The notes under the pieces: generated by a model
Seen by the model: the letters and a program-made list of their open reading frames with translations, nothing else
What the model was told of the DNA's origin: nothing
Database searches by the model: none
Made by a program: the position numbers and the translations under genes
NCBI GenBank assembly: GCA_052426225.1
Contig: JBNJNM010000010.1
Location: 62,001 to 126,000 of the forward strand
DNA: 64,000 bases
Origin: Zancudomyces culisetae HAW-14-8
Lineage: Eukaryota > Fungi > Kickxellomycota
Reading direction: 5' to 3'
Shown here: positions 1 to 12,677 of the stretch, piece by piece
Position numbering within the stretch: the first letter of the stretch is position 1
Layout of the letters: each line of letters begins with the position of its first letter

Positions 1-2930
1 TAAATTGTACAGCAATATGCAAAAGCGTACGTCCCTCAGCATCCGGCCTATTAATATCAATTCGCGCAAGCACTAACAATCTAATGAATTCCAAATCACT
101 TTGAGTAATGGCCTCGTAGGCTTGGAATAGTAGATCAGAGTATTCAGAGTTTGAAAAGTGGCCTCCTGCTTGAATCATCAAGTTTATTAGGTCGGCTCTC
201 CTCGAAACGACTGCTTCGAACAACGGAGTATGACCCGATCCGTCCAAAACATGAACACTGGCGCCTTTTTTAAGAAGCCATTTTGCGGCTTGAATATTCC
301 CACCCCTAGCTGCACAATGTAGAGGGGTTCGCCCATTGTAGTCGTAGCATGTTGTCTCTAGCCAACCTTCGGATGCAATGGACAGCATTGTCATACCCAT
401 AATATCATTTGTAGATGCAGCGGCACACAGCAAAACAGGAAAAAAAGATTTATATACTGAAGATCTCTCTTGTTGAGAAATTTCGGATTTTCTTTGGCCA
501 AGAGTACTATTTACTAATGCTAAGTCACTTTTCGCTACTGAGCTCTCAGTGGGAGTGTGAGGTGGTGGTGGGTTTTCTATCATTGCAACAGCAGAGTTGG
601 GTTTCACGCCGTTCTTGGACGCTATATCACCGTCATCGATCAATGGTGAGCTCTCAGTTGTAAGAATAGTGTTGTTGTCACTCAGCTGTAAACTCACATC
701 GAGATGCTCCCGTTCACCATGGGTTTCCGTTAAAAATTTATCATCTCCTCTCTTGTTGTTTATTATTTCATAGCATACATACTGCACAAACGAGGCCGCT
801 CTAACCTTTGGATCAACTACAACAGTCGGTTGTACTGCCGTAATCACAGTAAGTTCACCTCTTATCGATTGTGAAACCAGCTTTCTAATTTCGCTAGCAC
901 TACGCCCAAGCCCGAGAAGATAGCTTAGTTTGGTGAGAGCACACTATATATAGTTATATGTACATGCTTATACAGACTATTTCAAATTTGACTATATTGC
1001 AAACTCGCGCAAAGGGTATGTCTGGTTGACGCCCTACAAGAAAATTCAGAAAAATAGTTAATTTACTTAAAAGTAAAGTACCTCAGATGTCATATCTCCT
1101 CCTGGCACAACTCCGCTTTCCACAAGTCCTCTTGCAGTTTCATACAGGTTTGTTACGTTTCCTTTTTGACATTGCGTGACATTGACTATCACCACTCCAC
1201 GATCGCTCGCCTCTCTGAGCAGGTCAATCATGCTATTATCTTTACACGGAATATTTCCACATCCAAATGTCTCCAATACCACGCCCTTCATCGGCGGAGC
1301 TAAAAGCGATTTGATTGACGCAATTGTAATCCCTGGGAATAGTCTGAGTGTGCACACATTTGGGTCCATAGTTTTTTTTACGGAAAACCTTGCAATTGCA
1401 TTCGGTCTAAAAACCAATGGCCAGTTTATCTCTAGTAAACAGTACACAAACTAGTTAATATCCTCAGTTTATTTTTAGGTACCTATGCACAATCCCGACA
1501 TTACCACACTTATACCCAATATTAATACGCACACACACACACACACACCCCAGTTTACTTTTCGTGCACGAAAAAAATACAGCATTTACAAATTACGACA
1601 CTTACCTATATTGACACCAACCTTTACCAATGGCGGCATGTTGGGACTATCAAACGCAGAAAAATTTAATGCATCTACTTTTGAAACTCTGTTTCCTCGG
1701 TACAAGTGGTTGTTAAAATACAACGTGACTTCAGGAATTATGTAATGACCAGCTATAATCAGGGCACCTAGTAGATTCTCAACAGCGTCGTTTCTGACCT
1801 CAGAGATGGGAACTTGCGATCCAGTAAGTATCACAGTTTTACCAAGATTCTTCAGCATAAAGCTAATTGCACTTGCTGTATACGCCATGGTGTCAGTTCC
1901 TAATGTTTGATTTCTAGCTTCATTAGAACCGGCTCTGATTTCATATTTTAATGATCGAAATCACTGCTCATTGCGCTCTAATTTACTTACCATGAAGAAC
2001 AATGAATGCATCGTATTTGTAATAGTTATTTTCAATGTCTGTAACTATTTTGGTCCAATCTACTCATGCATATTGACAAACATGTGTTACTACAACAAGT
2101 CCCAACTGAGAACCATTTTCTTTATTTACCTTCCAACCCAATGTTACACGAATCCAAGAGCGGGTCATATGACTTGATGCGATATCTATTGGGCGTTTTT
2201 TTTTTACCATTAAGAACTTATTTTTACGTCTTTGTGTTTGGTTGTTGATTACTTATTGTCCAAATAGCCAAATAAAATTGTTAATCACAAAAGATAAAGA
2301 TGACGGCGCAAAAAATAAAAAGCTTACACAATTCGCTTCCCATGAATCATCTTGGGTGTGACTAGCCACTCCTCCAGGCCTTCCTCGTCAACTTGCTCAT
2401 CCACTTGAGCCTTCCCTTCAATAGATTCCGACCCTTTTCTTTCAATGTAGTTTTCAACCTCCTCCATCAAACTAGTTCTAGTCTTGAGACTATTAGTACC
2501 CTTTCTTATCTCATTAAGCCCATCAGGATCAAAAAACCTCTGTTGGCTTCTTAAATATTTAGATAGAAAGCCATTCTCTGGTTTGTACCCACTCTCCGAG
2601 CTATTAACCATTCCTATTGTTCCCCCTGTATATATTACCAACACCTTTGATAACCCTAAGATTTATTTTTTTTTAAAAAAAATGTTATACGTGTGAGATC
2701 AATACGTATATCTACAGACTTGAGCGTATTTTGATGACTTTTTGGTACAAGTATCGCTCTACCTAGCTAATTGGATCCACAGCACTCTCTAGCTGCGATC
2801 ACAGTTAAATATCTATTAAACATCTTTTGTGTCTTTATAAACACCTACCCAGGGTTTCTCCGCCAAAGCGGGCTTCGTATATTTCGCGAAACTTTTTAGC
2901 ATCGCTGTAGTGTATTTCGTCCTTGCTCAT
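1..2930 (-). CDS. Type I L-asparaginase / 60-kDa lysophospholipase (ASPG-like) with C-terminal ankyrin repeats; multi-exon, 3' end runs off the window
   Basis: Spliced exons give [53 protein letters not shown]; the 3' exon has ankyrin motifs ([23 protein letters not shown]). ATG at 2930; GT donor at 30 continues off-window. Confidence 0.92.
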
Positions 2931-3904
2931 TTCTAACGCTTCTTTTATCACTATACTTTGTCTAAAAACCTCTTTTTTGTATATCTCTATTCCAGTAACT
3001 AAATAAAGTAGCAAAAATGTAATTCTTCCTCATTAAGAAGAGAGGAGCGCCACTTTTATACTTTTCGTGCTGAGTTACCTGTGGGGGCGAGTTTCAGTTT
3101 TTTACTTGAGATGATTTGTAAATATAAATTGGAAGGAAAACAAAAAAAGAGATTTTAGGTGCTGATTTGTCCATATTTTTAACAATTCTATTTGGCCTCC
3201 CTTTTTTAAAAAAGCTGTCAAAAACGAGAAGTGCGGGACTTTAAAAATTACCGCGGTTTCGATGCAACATTAAGTGCCAACATTCATCTGGAATGTGAGA
3301 AAGTCGTGTTTCAAGGTCTTTAATTGCCAAAGTTTTTGCTTTGTTTTTTTACAATTTTCCCATGACCAAGTAAACATTTTGTTCTAGGTGTTAGTTTTTT
3401 GTATTTTCACGTGACACAGTGAAAGTTGAAAAGATGCGTATTTTGAAATCAAAAGTTAGACCCACACGCTTTTGAACCATCCATTTTTTTTAAAAAAATA
3501 TTTTTTTGTCTTTCTTACTACCCCCTTTTTTGTAGATAAACATATTAAATAACAGCTATTGAAGTAGTTAGTAAAATGTGTAAAAAAAATCATCGAGAGA
3601 CGGAAAAGCATTTTTTTCTGTGATCATGTAGACATGCGGTAATCAAGTAATAAAAAAGGAAATAATTGCGCCGGTACCACAAACGAGATTTACCCAGTAT
3701 CGGTCCATAACGTAAGGATAGCACAATAATATTTTAGAAACCTTCTTTTCTTTATTATCAATTTTAAATTTGGAATGACTACCACAAATGATGAGATATA
3801 AAGGCGAGTTTGAGAGCTAAATCATACCACTTGCTGTAGTGAAGATGTAACCGCATGTTTTATAGCCACTTTTCCATTTGTAGAAGCCCAGCCATCTCAT
3901 TTGG

Positions 3905-4005
3905 CGGTGTTCTCATTGGCAAAAGATAGGTGATGCTGGTTTATTGTACCTCTAGAGCTTGTATGCGTATGTATTTTTTATTATATTGTATCAATGAGAA
4001 CACCG
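3905..4005. repeat. Perfect 14-bp inverted repeat (CGGTGTTCTCATTG / CAATGAGAACACCG) with a 73-nt spacer
   Basis: Arms read directly at 3905-3918 and 3992-4005. Confidence 0.85.
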
Positions 4006-4737
4006 ATTATGTATTTAAAATCCTGATGTGGAGCCATACTTGTGACGTTTTCTACCAGTCTTTGTGTATTTTTATTTACTGATTTATCTAAAAGGTGGAA
4101 ATGAAACATAAACATAATAGAAGACAAGTACAAAAAAAGGGGGAGGGGGCACAGATTAAAGGTAAAATAACTTTGAGCTTCACACATTTAATACTTATAG
4201 GGGGTATGTTTACCTTTAAGTTTTCAGGATTATTCTATTAAATAAATATCACATATAACATAAAAAAGAGCAAAAAACATTACATATCATTCCCTTAAAT
4301 AAGTACTCTCTGTTCCTCTAGGGATTTCATACACATCAAGAACTAACCTATGTGTGCTTGTGGCGCATGTATACGGCTGAAACTGGATCTTGAATGTGGT
4401 GTAGTAAGAGCTCGCTTGTTCAATTTCATATTTTTAAAGAATAAATCTTACCATCTACCAATCTCGACAACAATAAAAAAAGACCTCACTCTCCTCTCCC
4501 CCTCCTACCATAATGACTTTAGCCTATGGGTGAGCTTCTACAATACTATCTCTTTGAAATATTGTTTCAGCATGCTGATGTATTTCATCAGGTGTAATTT
4601 TTGCAACAGCCCACTTTATCTCTACTGTAGATTAAATTTATTGTTACCATGTTGATTTATAGCTGAAATGTAAACTAGAAGAGTTAATAACAATGGTAAA
4701 AATATTAATAAATTTGAAAATAGCTAATACATAATTT

Positions 4738-6423
4738 TTAAAAGCTTCTTGAGTGTTTATTTGGTATGTGGTTGTGTACGCCGGTTTTTGCACCAACTCC
4801 ATTCTTACATACATCAATGGAAACCATCCAGTCATCAAGCAACACCTTGTCTATTCTAGGCCTTTCTTCAGGATTGAGTGAGAGTAATTTGGAAAGCGTG
4901 TTTACGGCATCCGGATCAATGTTTCTAAACATACTCATCATGGAACATGCGCTTGTGTTACTATTTCCATCACCACTTTGACATCTTTTTGCAAACTTTC
5001 GGAAATTTTCATCCGTTTCCTTTGCAACGTGCCAAGGGAATGAGTTGTTAGTCATAACTAGATATACTATCCCACATGACCAGACGTCAGCTTTACTGGC
5101 TTCAAATTCATTTGATGGAACAAAACACTCTGGTGCGATGTATGGATCTGACCCAACACATCCTTTTGATAGTTGTATAGAACTCTGCCATGGAAGCGAA
5201 AATACTTCCGAAACCCCAAAATCAGCAACCTTCAAAACACACTTATCATCGAGTAGTAGGTTGTCAGGTTTTATATCACGGTGTGCTACTCCGATTGAGT
5301 GCAAATACGCAATGCCTTGTAGCAGCTGTTTGAATAGACAATCTTTCTCAGTTTGGTTCATGTGGTCATTTTTGATTAGGTCAAGCAAATCGCCTCCAGA
5401 ACAATACTCCATCACTTGACACCATTTTCCACTCTTATCACGCGTAAGATCTAGAGTTTGTATTACATTTTTATGTCTCATCATCGAGCTAATACAAAAC
5501 TCGCTTGTTAGCCTTTTAATATAGTTTCTTTCAGACTCAGATTTGCTTTTCTTGGTGTATCTTTTTACTGCAAACAGCTTTCTACCCCCTTTGCCAGTAT
5601 TTTTTTGAGAAATCCTAACCACTGCTGTTGCGCCTTTGCCTATATTACTTCTTTTTAATACTCCATATTTTTCCTTCAGGCTAGGCATCCCTGAATCATG
5701 TGTTCTGGTACTATTAGTCCTGCTAATAACTACCCCATGTGTAAACACAGAATTTTTATCTGATTCGTCAGCAACTCGTTTGGAAAAATAACCATCGTTA
5801 TAGCTGGATGAAAGTTGCCTTTCGGAACAATTTTTGTCATCCTCTGGGTCATGCTTATTGCGACCATCACCCTTCTTTGAATAAAAAAAGAGAAATGAGT
5901 CAAGAGATATGTTTCCATGAATTCCTCTTTTGTGCTGTCTTTTCTGTGAATGATCACCCTCCCTATCTCTCCTGATACCTTTTACAAAACTCAATCCAAG
6001 TGGTCTTCTTCTTTCTACGTGTTGTGTACATAAAATGGGTTCTATAGTATCTGTGTCAACACTATCTACTATACTGTTATTGTCCACAAGCTGTAAGTTA
6101 CTATCTTCATCGATAGAAAGCTTCTCCAAGCTTAAAATTTGCTTTTTAGAATTGCAGCCAGCATATGTATTGGGGCACTCATTTATTGGTGTTTCTAACC
6201 CAATAGAGCTATTCTCATCACCTGACTCCTCTGCACGTGAGTATTCACTTGTGTGTGTTATTGTAAACTCATTATCAAGTCTCCTACTACCTTCTCCATT
6301 CAACAGCATTTGATCCTCATATTTGTCACCCGTACACATATCACTGCAAGTTGTAGCAGAATTAATGGTACTAAATGTGGTATTTACAGTATCTATCTGT
6401 AAACCAACATTGATTTTATTCAT
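4738..6423 (-). CDS. NPR/HAL-family Ser/Thr protein kinase (Hrk1/Sat4-like)
   Basis: IGKGATAVV, FAVK, the family-typical LTSEFCISS, HRDIKPDN, DFG and GSDPYIAPE; intronless 561-aa ORF. Confidence 0.9.
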   Translation of the reverse strand: MNKINVGLQIDTVNTTFSTINSATTCSDMCTGDKYEDQMLLNGEGSRRLDNEFTITHTSEYSRAEESGDENSSIGLETPINECPNTYAGCNSKKQILSLEKLSIDEDSNLQLVDNNSIVDSVDTDTIEPILCTQHVERRRPLGLSFVKGIRRDREGDHSQKRQHKRGIHGNISLDSFLFFYSKKGDGRNKHDPEDDKNCSERQLSSSYNDGYFSKRVADESDKNSVFTHGVVISRTNSTRTHDSGMPSLKEKYGVLKRSNIGKGATAVVRISQKNTGKGGRKLFAVKRYTKKSKSESERNYIKRLTSEFCISSMMRHKNVIQTLDLTRDKSGKWCQVMEYCSGGDLLDLIKNDHMNQTEKDCLFKQLLQGIAYLHSIGVAHRDIKPDNLLLDDKCVLKVADFGVSEVFSLPWQSSIQLSKGCVGSDPYIAPECFVPSNEFEASKADVWSCGIVYLVMTNNSFPWHVAKETDENFRKFAKRCQSGDGNSNTSACSMMSMFRNIDPDAVNTLSKLLSLNPEERPRIDKVLLDDWMVSIDVCKNGVGAKTGVHNHIPNKHSRSF

Positions 6424-9200
6424 TTTTCTTAGTCCGTATTACAACCAGGTAATCGATTATTCAAGAAGAGATGACGTTATTTAGGCCCTATACAGCTTAA
6501 GTATTTATTACCTTGCGTCGTTGGTCTAAACCAGTCCAAAAATATTGATATAATTTACTTTTGTTATAGTGATATAGCTCTACTGTTTAATAAAGCTATA
6601 TTTGCTCTGAAACTTATAAGAGAGTTCGCACAAGAGATCAACGTTTAAATAAAACAAGTATCCTGCTTTTCTTTTCCCTAGCCTTAGTATGTAGTCTCCA
6701 ATATGAACCCTTCATCACTTTGTTTTTCTTCTCTAATTGATGTTGCTTAGTATTGATAGAAAGTTCCTATATATGCCTGCATACAACTTTAAACTTTGTA
6801 CCCTTAAAGCACAAGAATACTACCAAATAATAGTAATATGACAATCAATGTCAATTCCTAACTGTAAGTTGGTATTTTTGAATATACCTTTTGTTTATAT
6901 TCCTTTGCTTTCCCTAATCAATAGAGTTTAAGCTAACCCAGGCTTGTTGTTTCAAAATATTTTAGTATTGTTCTGTGTTTAAACTCTTTAGTTAAAGTTT
7001 TTATAAACTAGCTCTTCGAACAAAAAAATTGCTTCGGATATTAATAAGGAAATCGGCTTGAGTTTCACAAGAGGAATTAGCAAGGGTTTTTAAAGCTTTT
7101 TGGTTTTTTATTTTACTGGCATTTTTTGTTTTTTTTTTCTTCCCTCCATGAGCATGTCAAGTTTGTAAAGAAGCGGCATTATTTTGAGCCCGTTTTATGG
7201 TGCACAAATTGACTATCGAAATAAACAAACCTAAATTAGTTCATTAGGCGCGTAAATAATGAGCACAACTAATAACCCTGAATTTAGCATCGAATCGTAA
7301 GAGGGGAATTTTCTCGAGCTTTCAAGTGGACAGGAAGGGAAAAAATACCCAACACAAAAGCTAGAAATAAGGTGAAATGGATGTGGGTAAAAAACGGGTA
7401 AGCCCCATACGAACACCTTGGGCTTATACCGTAATGGGGGATATTTCCTATACTGTTGCTATCATCACTAAATACTTCTAAATATGCTCTTTTTTTTAAT
7501 TTTCCATGCACCAACTTGTGTGCATTTTCGTAAATATATTAAGTATCCAAGTGTATATATAGTGCAATAAAGTTTGTCAATTTAAAGTACAGGTTTTTAT
7601 TTTACGCAATGATCCAGGTTCTCCAACATTTTTCTACTGTTAAGGCTTTTGTAAGCATATTTGGATGTAGTTTTTGGATAACTATATTGTACAATAGACG
7701 GCATCAAATGGAGTAGCGTGCAGCAAAATACTAATGGCTTATTAAAAACTGGGAAAACAATATTAAAAGCAAAACCAGTTTACCAAGCAAATTGCATTTG
7801 CGCGGCAAATAAATGGGTCACCAAGCTTTTTTCATCTTTCTTTTTTTTGTTGGCAAAGGGTTTAAGCTGGCGTTTCCTGAATATCCAATATAAACGCTTA
7901 TGATGTTAACTGTTTTATGTGTATATGTATCTTCAAGAATGACTATTGCTGCTTTACACGCAAACAAAGCCAAAATAAGTAAAAACTAACATCTGATATT
8001 TCTAGCTTTTTAAGGGCTATTTTCACATCACCAAATGCGATCAAGGAGCGGAGAGAAGCAAAGTAAACAGGAAAAGCAAGAGGTACAGTTCCCCCCACTC
8101 CCTTATACACGACTAGCTTGTGTGTCGGACCTATCAACTATCACAAATACTTATTTGTTTTCCCCTTTTGTGTGCTTATTTTGGTTTGATGGGTGGAATG
8201 GGGGGTGATAAATGCAAGCAGGTCGGATCAATTTTGGCCAAAGGAAAATTTTTCGCTTTTGGAAAATGCAAGAGCAAATAAAGTCATTAAAACAAAGATT
8301 CGTCTTACAATAGGTGATTTAGGACACTACAATTTGTGAAGTATAGTTTTATCCAATCAAATAGGTTAATAAAACGGATACCAAAAAAAAAGAAGAAATG
8401 AAAGCTAAATAAAAGCTTTAGAATTAACTGTCAACTGTCGAATCCGAATGCGATAAAAAAAAGCACCGAAACACATGACAATAAAACAGAACGGAAATTA
8501 TGCACATCGCACCATACCACATATCTGCATTTGCAATTGTCCAAAGCCTAGTGAAAAAACTGGTGGTAGAAGCGCTGAACAAAGAGTGACTCGGGATTCA
8601 GTTGTAAGCAATATCCACTAATGTCGGCAAGATTGAACTGGCCACACCTTTTACCTAGTGGCTTATTTTCTTCTTTCTCGTCCTGCTTGAAAACAAAAAA
8701 GATGCAAAAGATGTACTGCAAATGGAAAAGGAGATAAGTAGAGCCAAAGGCAAGAATATATATCAGAAATATGTGATTTTAGCCTATCGTTAACTGTATT
8801 TTGGCTCTTTTCATGTATGAATCTCATATACACAAAATTCCATGTTTGTAGGAGCGCCATGTATACCTAGAAATTGGTGGCTTGTATTGACTTGACAAGG
8901 TACTACTAGATTTAAAACTCAAACTAAGCAGTTGAAAAAAAATGGCATAGAAAGAAAGAAATAGAGAAAAAAAGGGAGGGGTATGAGAAAAGAAACATGA
9001 GATTTAGTGGGAAATTAGGGGATGTGTTAGAAATATAAGGGAGAAGTATGTAGAGAGAAATGTATCAGATAACAGAATATGTAGAACAACTTTAAAAGTT
9101 TTATGTATATTTTTCAGGATAAACATGTTGACAATATTAATAGTAAGAGAGAAGAGGGGAAAGTTAGTAAACAAGTAAATATAGAAGCTAATAATAAAGA

Positions 9201-11313
9201 TCAAAAGAAAAACGAAGAGCGAGTATTTTGCTTCTTGATACCGCGTTGAGCAGCATCTAGATGAGCTTGACCGTTGTTGTTGTTGTTGTTGTTGTTATTT
9301 TGCCTAAAATTTGAAAAATCTTGGGTTGTTGACTGGCTAATATTGTTGTTTGGAATGTTTTTGTTTGCATTGAAAAAGTCGCTGAATCCACGGGATTGGG
9401 GACGAGGTTTAGGTTGAGATTGGATGTGATTTTGACTTTGATTTTGATTTTGATTTTGATATTGGAATTGGATTTGAGGTTGTGATTGAGGTTGGGGTTG
9501 AGGTTGGGGTTGTGATTGGGACTGAGAATGTTGGGTGGAGCGCCTATTCGCAAAAAAGGCGTTCTTTGGACCACCAACCTTGCCAAAACCGACATTACTT
9601 GTATTGGGAGTATAGTTGGGAGTAGAATTTTGAGGGGCAGAATGGCGACGATATGGATGATGTCTATTGGGGTTTTGTGTTTGTTGGGAATTATCATTTC
9701 CTTTGCTATTGCTATTGCTATTGCTATTGTTGTTGTTGCTATTGTTGTTGTTGTTGTTGTTGAAATTATTGTTTCTATTTGAATCCAAAATCATCATGCT
9801 GGAGTTTCTTTGATTACGTTTTCGATTGAACTGATTTGGTTGATTTGGCTGTACCTGAGGCTGTACCTGAGGCTGAGGCTGGGACTGAGACTGGGACTGA
9901 GACTGAGTTGGAAGCTGTGGTTGATTTTGTGTGTGTTTTTTCTTTGAAAGCAATTGGTTGAAAATATCCCAAAAGTAAGAGTGACTTTGCTGGACATTAC
10001 CCTGATCTTGAGAATGAGGAATGCTACCAGAATCGTTAATATTATAGACTATGGAGCAGTCTGAGGGTTCGGAGATATTACCCCCAACTATACGAAGCTT
10101 ATTTGCAGCAAGCTTGATAAAAATAGGAGGAATTTCGGTTGCAATCAAGTACAAAAATGTCTTCAATATGTAAGCGGCGTGGTTACCTACATTCTCATAT
10201 TGCATTTTACCATTGCTGCTACGGTTTTCATGAAAAGAAGACGAGGAAAAAGAAGGAAGGTTATAGTGAGATAAAAGAATTTGATCAAGGTCAATTGGGG
10301 TTTGTGGGTCAGAAGTGTCAAATTCAGGAGGTAATAGAGATGGTAGGTCCAAGTCATGACTGTAGGCCAAGGCCAAAAAGAGAATAGTAGTGTCAACGGT
10401 GGAGATTGGGTGATCGTGAATGTCGAAAAATTTGGCATTGGATTCGCGGTTTCTAAAATCCAAGCCATAGGCATTGAGGACCTGTAGATCCTTGAGGATG
10501 TTTTGACCGCCCAAGATGACTCTTGGTTTCAACGATGCAATATCACTACCAAATTGCTGGAAAGCATCTTGTAGCGATGACACAACTGAGGTTCCAAATC
10601 TGAATTTATTGCGATTAGCTTGGGGTGTAGCAGACAGGTGTGTATGTTCGGCTATTATATAGTGGCGGCTAGAACACTTATCAGCGGCTGAATTATACAT
10701 TGTCCATGCTAAATCAGTTACATAGCTGGGGTTTTCATCCGAAGTCGCGGTACTGATAACCATAAAGTTGGCTGTCTTTGTATCAAATATTTTCTGCAGA
10801 TCAACCCAATTTTCCACCAGTGTTCGGAGCGTGCTAAGCTTTTTGTGGTGCTCTCTTTGTTTAGAATTTTGTTGAAAAATGCTGCTTCTCAGCCTTTCTA
10901 GCTGCTCGGTCGTTTTGATGGTTACTCGCTGCGCATCAACAAGCCGATGAGATTGTAATTGCAACTTTGGAACAGATATCGGCAAGTCTTCGCCAGTGGT
11001 CTCATTCAAATAGTCTCGAAGTTGTGTGATTGAATCTAGCGATACTACTAGCTCTTTATATCTACTGACTTCAAAAGTTGCTGTTGCGAACACAAGCCGG
11101 CCGCTTGTGTAGAATTCTGGCGTGCTAAAAATGTCTTTTATTTGAGCTCGTGCTTCTCCAGATTTACATGCAAGTAGCCAGTGTGCTTTGACACGAGTTA
11201 TTGGTAGCCATACTGTTTTGCTAGCATCTCCTTGATCTACGGCCATCCGCTCGCCCCTTCCACCAAATCGATTGTCTCTTGACGCTTCTTTCCGTTGTTG
11301 TTGCTGTTGTTGC

Positions 11314-11361
<48 letters not shown>

Positions 11362-12677
11362 CTTGTGTGTACATTACGTTTATTTTCTAGAATACTTTTG
11401 CTCTTAGTGAATGGATTTATAGAGTTTGAAAATTCACTTTGTTGATCCTGGTTTTGTTGTCTAAATTGGAATCCGCTTTGTTCATCGCCATAGTACTTAC
11501 CAGTATTCATAGTCGCCCCACTACCGGCAGACCGCCCGCCATATTCCTCCTCGTACATTTCTGCATACACTCTCTCCAGCTCTTCATCTTCTGTCTCTTG
11601 CCGTTTTGACTTTTGTTGTCGCTGCTTTTGTTTTTCTTGGCTTTGCTGTCGTTGGTTAAATGCTACGTAGTTTCCGAAATTGAATCCAGTACTTTTGGTA
11701 TTTTCATTGCTTTGTTGATTTGGTGCCCCAAAAAATGAATTTTTCTTTCCCATCACACTTGACTGGTTTTGCTGAGCTTGGGGCAGTTGGAGCGGATTTT
11801 GGGCAGTCAATACTGGCTCGTTTATCGACTCATTCGCGTGTTTTGGTACAAGAAAACTTTTTCTCCGATTCTTCATACCGTTTACTCCAGTATTAATATT
11901 TCCATTATTGTTACTGCTGCTAAGCCCAATGTCGCTTTTATTTCTACCACCGGCTTTCTTGGCACTATCGTTTTTATTTCCCGAAAAAAATTGTGTGGGT
12001 TGTCCCGAGCTTGGTAATACATCTGCTGTTTCTCTGGGTACACCACCCATTAGTCCTGTGTTGCTGCGTCTTCTGCTGTTTTTTGGACCAGAGAAAAAGC
12101 CCATCGACCAATTACCCTGCACCTGCCCTTCATTTCCTTCATTTCTGAAATCTTCCTGCATCCGTTCCTCTTCATACTCTTCATATTCCCCATCCACTTC
12201 TTCTTCTTCCATACCTTGTCCCTGGCCTTGTATCCCATAGTACTCATTATTGTTGTACGTCTGTTCGACTCCTTGCCTTTGCTGTCCAACACCATGTCCG
12301 TTAATTATCGGTTGTCTCTGTTGTTGGTTGTACTGGTTTTGTTCATTTTGTTGATATCCCTGAAAAAACCCACCAGAAATATTCCCATTCGCTTTTCCTG
12401 AAGCTCGTCTTGAATTGAATCCTGGACCTGGACCTGAACTTTTATTTCTCATGTGTCCAGCATTTCTGGAATAGTTATTGTTAGTATTACCGCCATTATT
12501 GTCGTGGTTTCTTGCGTTGTTAATTTGAACATAGTGAGCACGCATCTCGTGTTGTTTGTTACCGACAGGAGGGGCAAAAGCTTCCATTCCAAACATCTTG
12601 TTTTGTTGCTGGAACTGTTGGTGCTGTTGGTGCTGTTGGTGCTGTTGAAAGTGTTGGTGCCTATGAGGTCCTGACAT
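9201..12677 (-). CDS. Q/N-rich low-complexity protein with a central Gfd2/YDR514C (QIP-like, DEDD exonuclease-fold) domain, apparently inactive
   Basis: 1158-aa ORF. The central region (FMVISTATSD..VTDLAW..RHYIIAEH..NKFRFGTS..ILGGQNILKDLQVL..VDTTILF..ENVGNHAAY) follows the recalled Gfd2-family motif order. Confidence 0.7.
11295..11360 (-). repeat. (CAA/CAG)22 polyglutamine tract
   Basis: (TTG)n run on the + strand inside the 9201-12677 ORF. Confidence 0.9.

Noticed and set aside
3981-4430. Possible small two-exon gene on the minus strand (MKLNKRALTTPHSR..|DKSVNKNTQRLV..)
   Set aside because: About 60 aa with no recognisable homology; the splice sites could be chance.
7394-7449. RNase MRP RNA (minus-strand ATGGGGCTTAC resembles CR-V)
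   Set aside because: The only CR-I-like partner is ~30 nt away, far too close for an MRP RNA.
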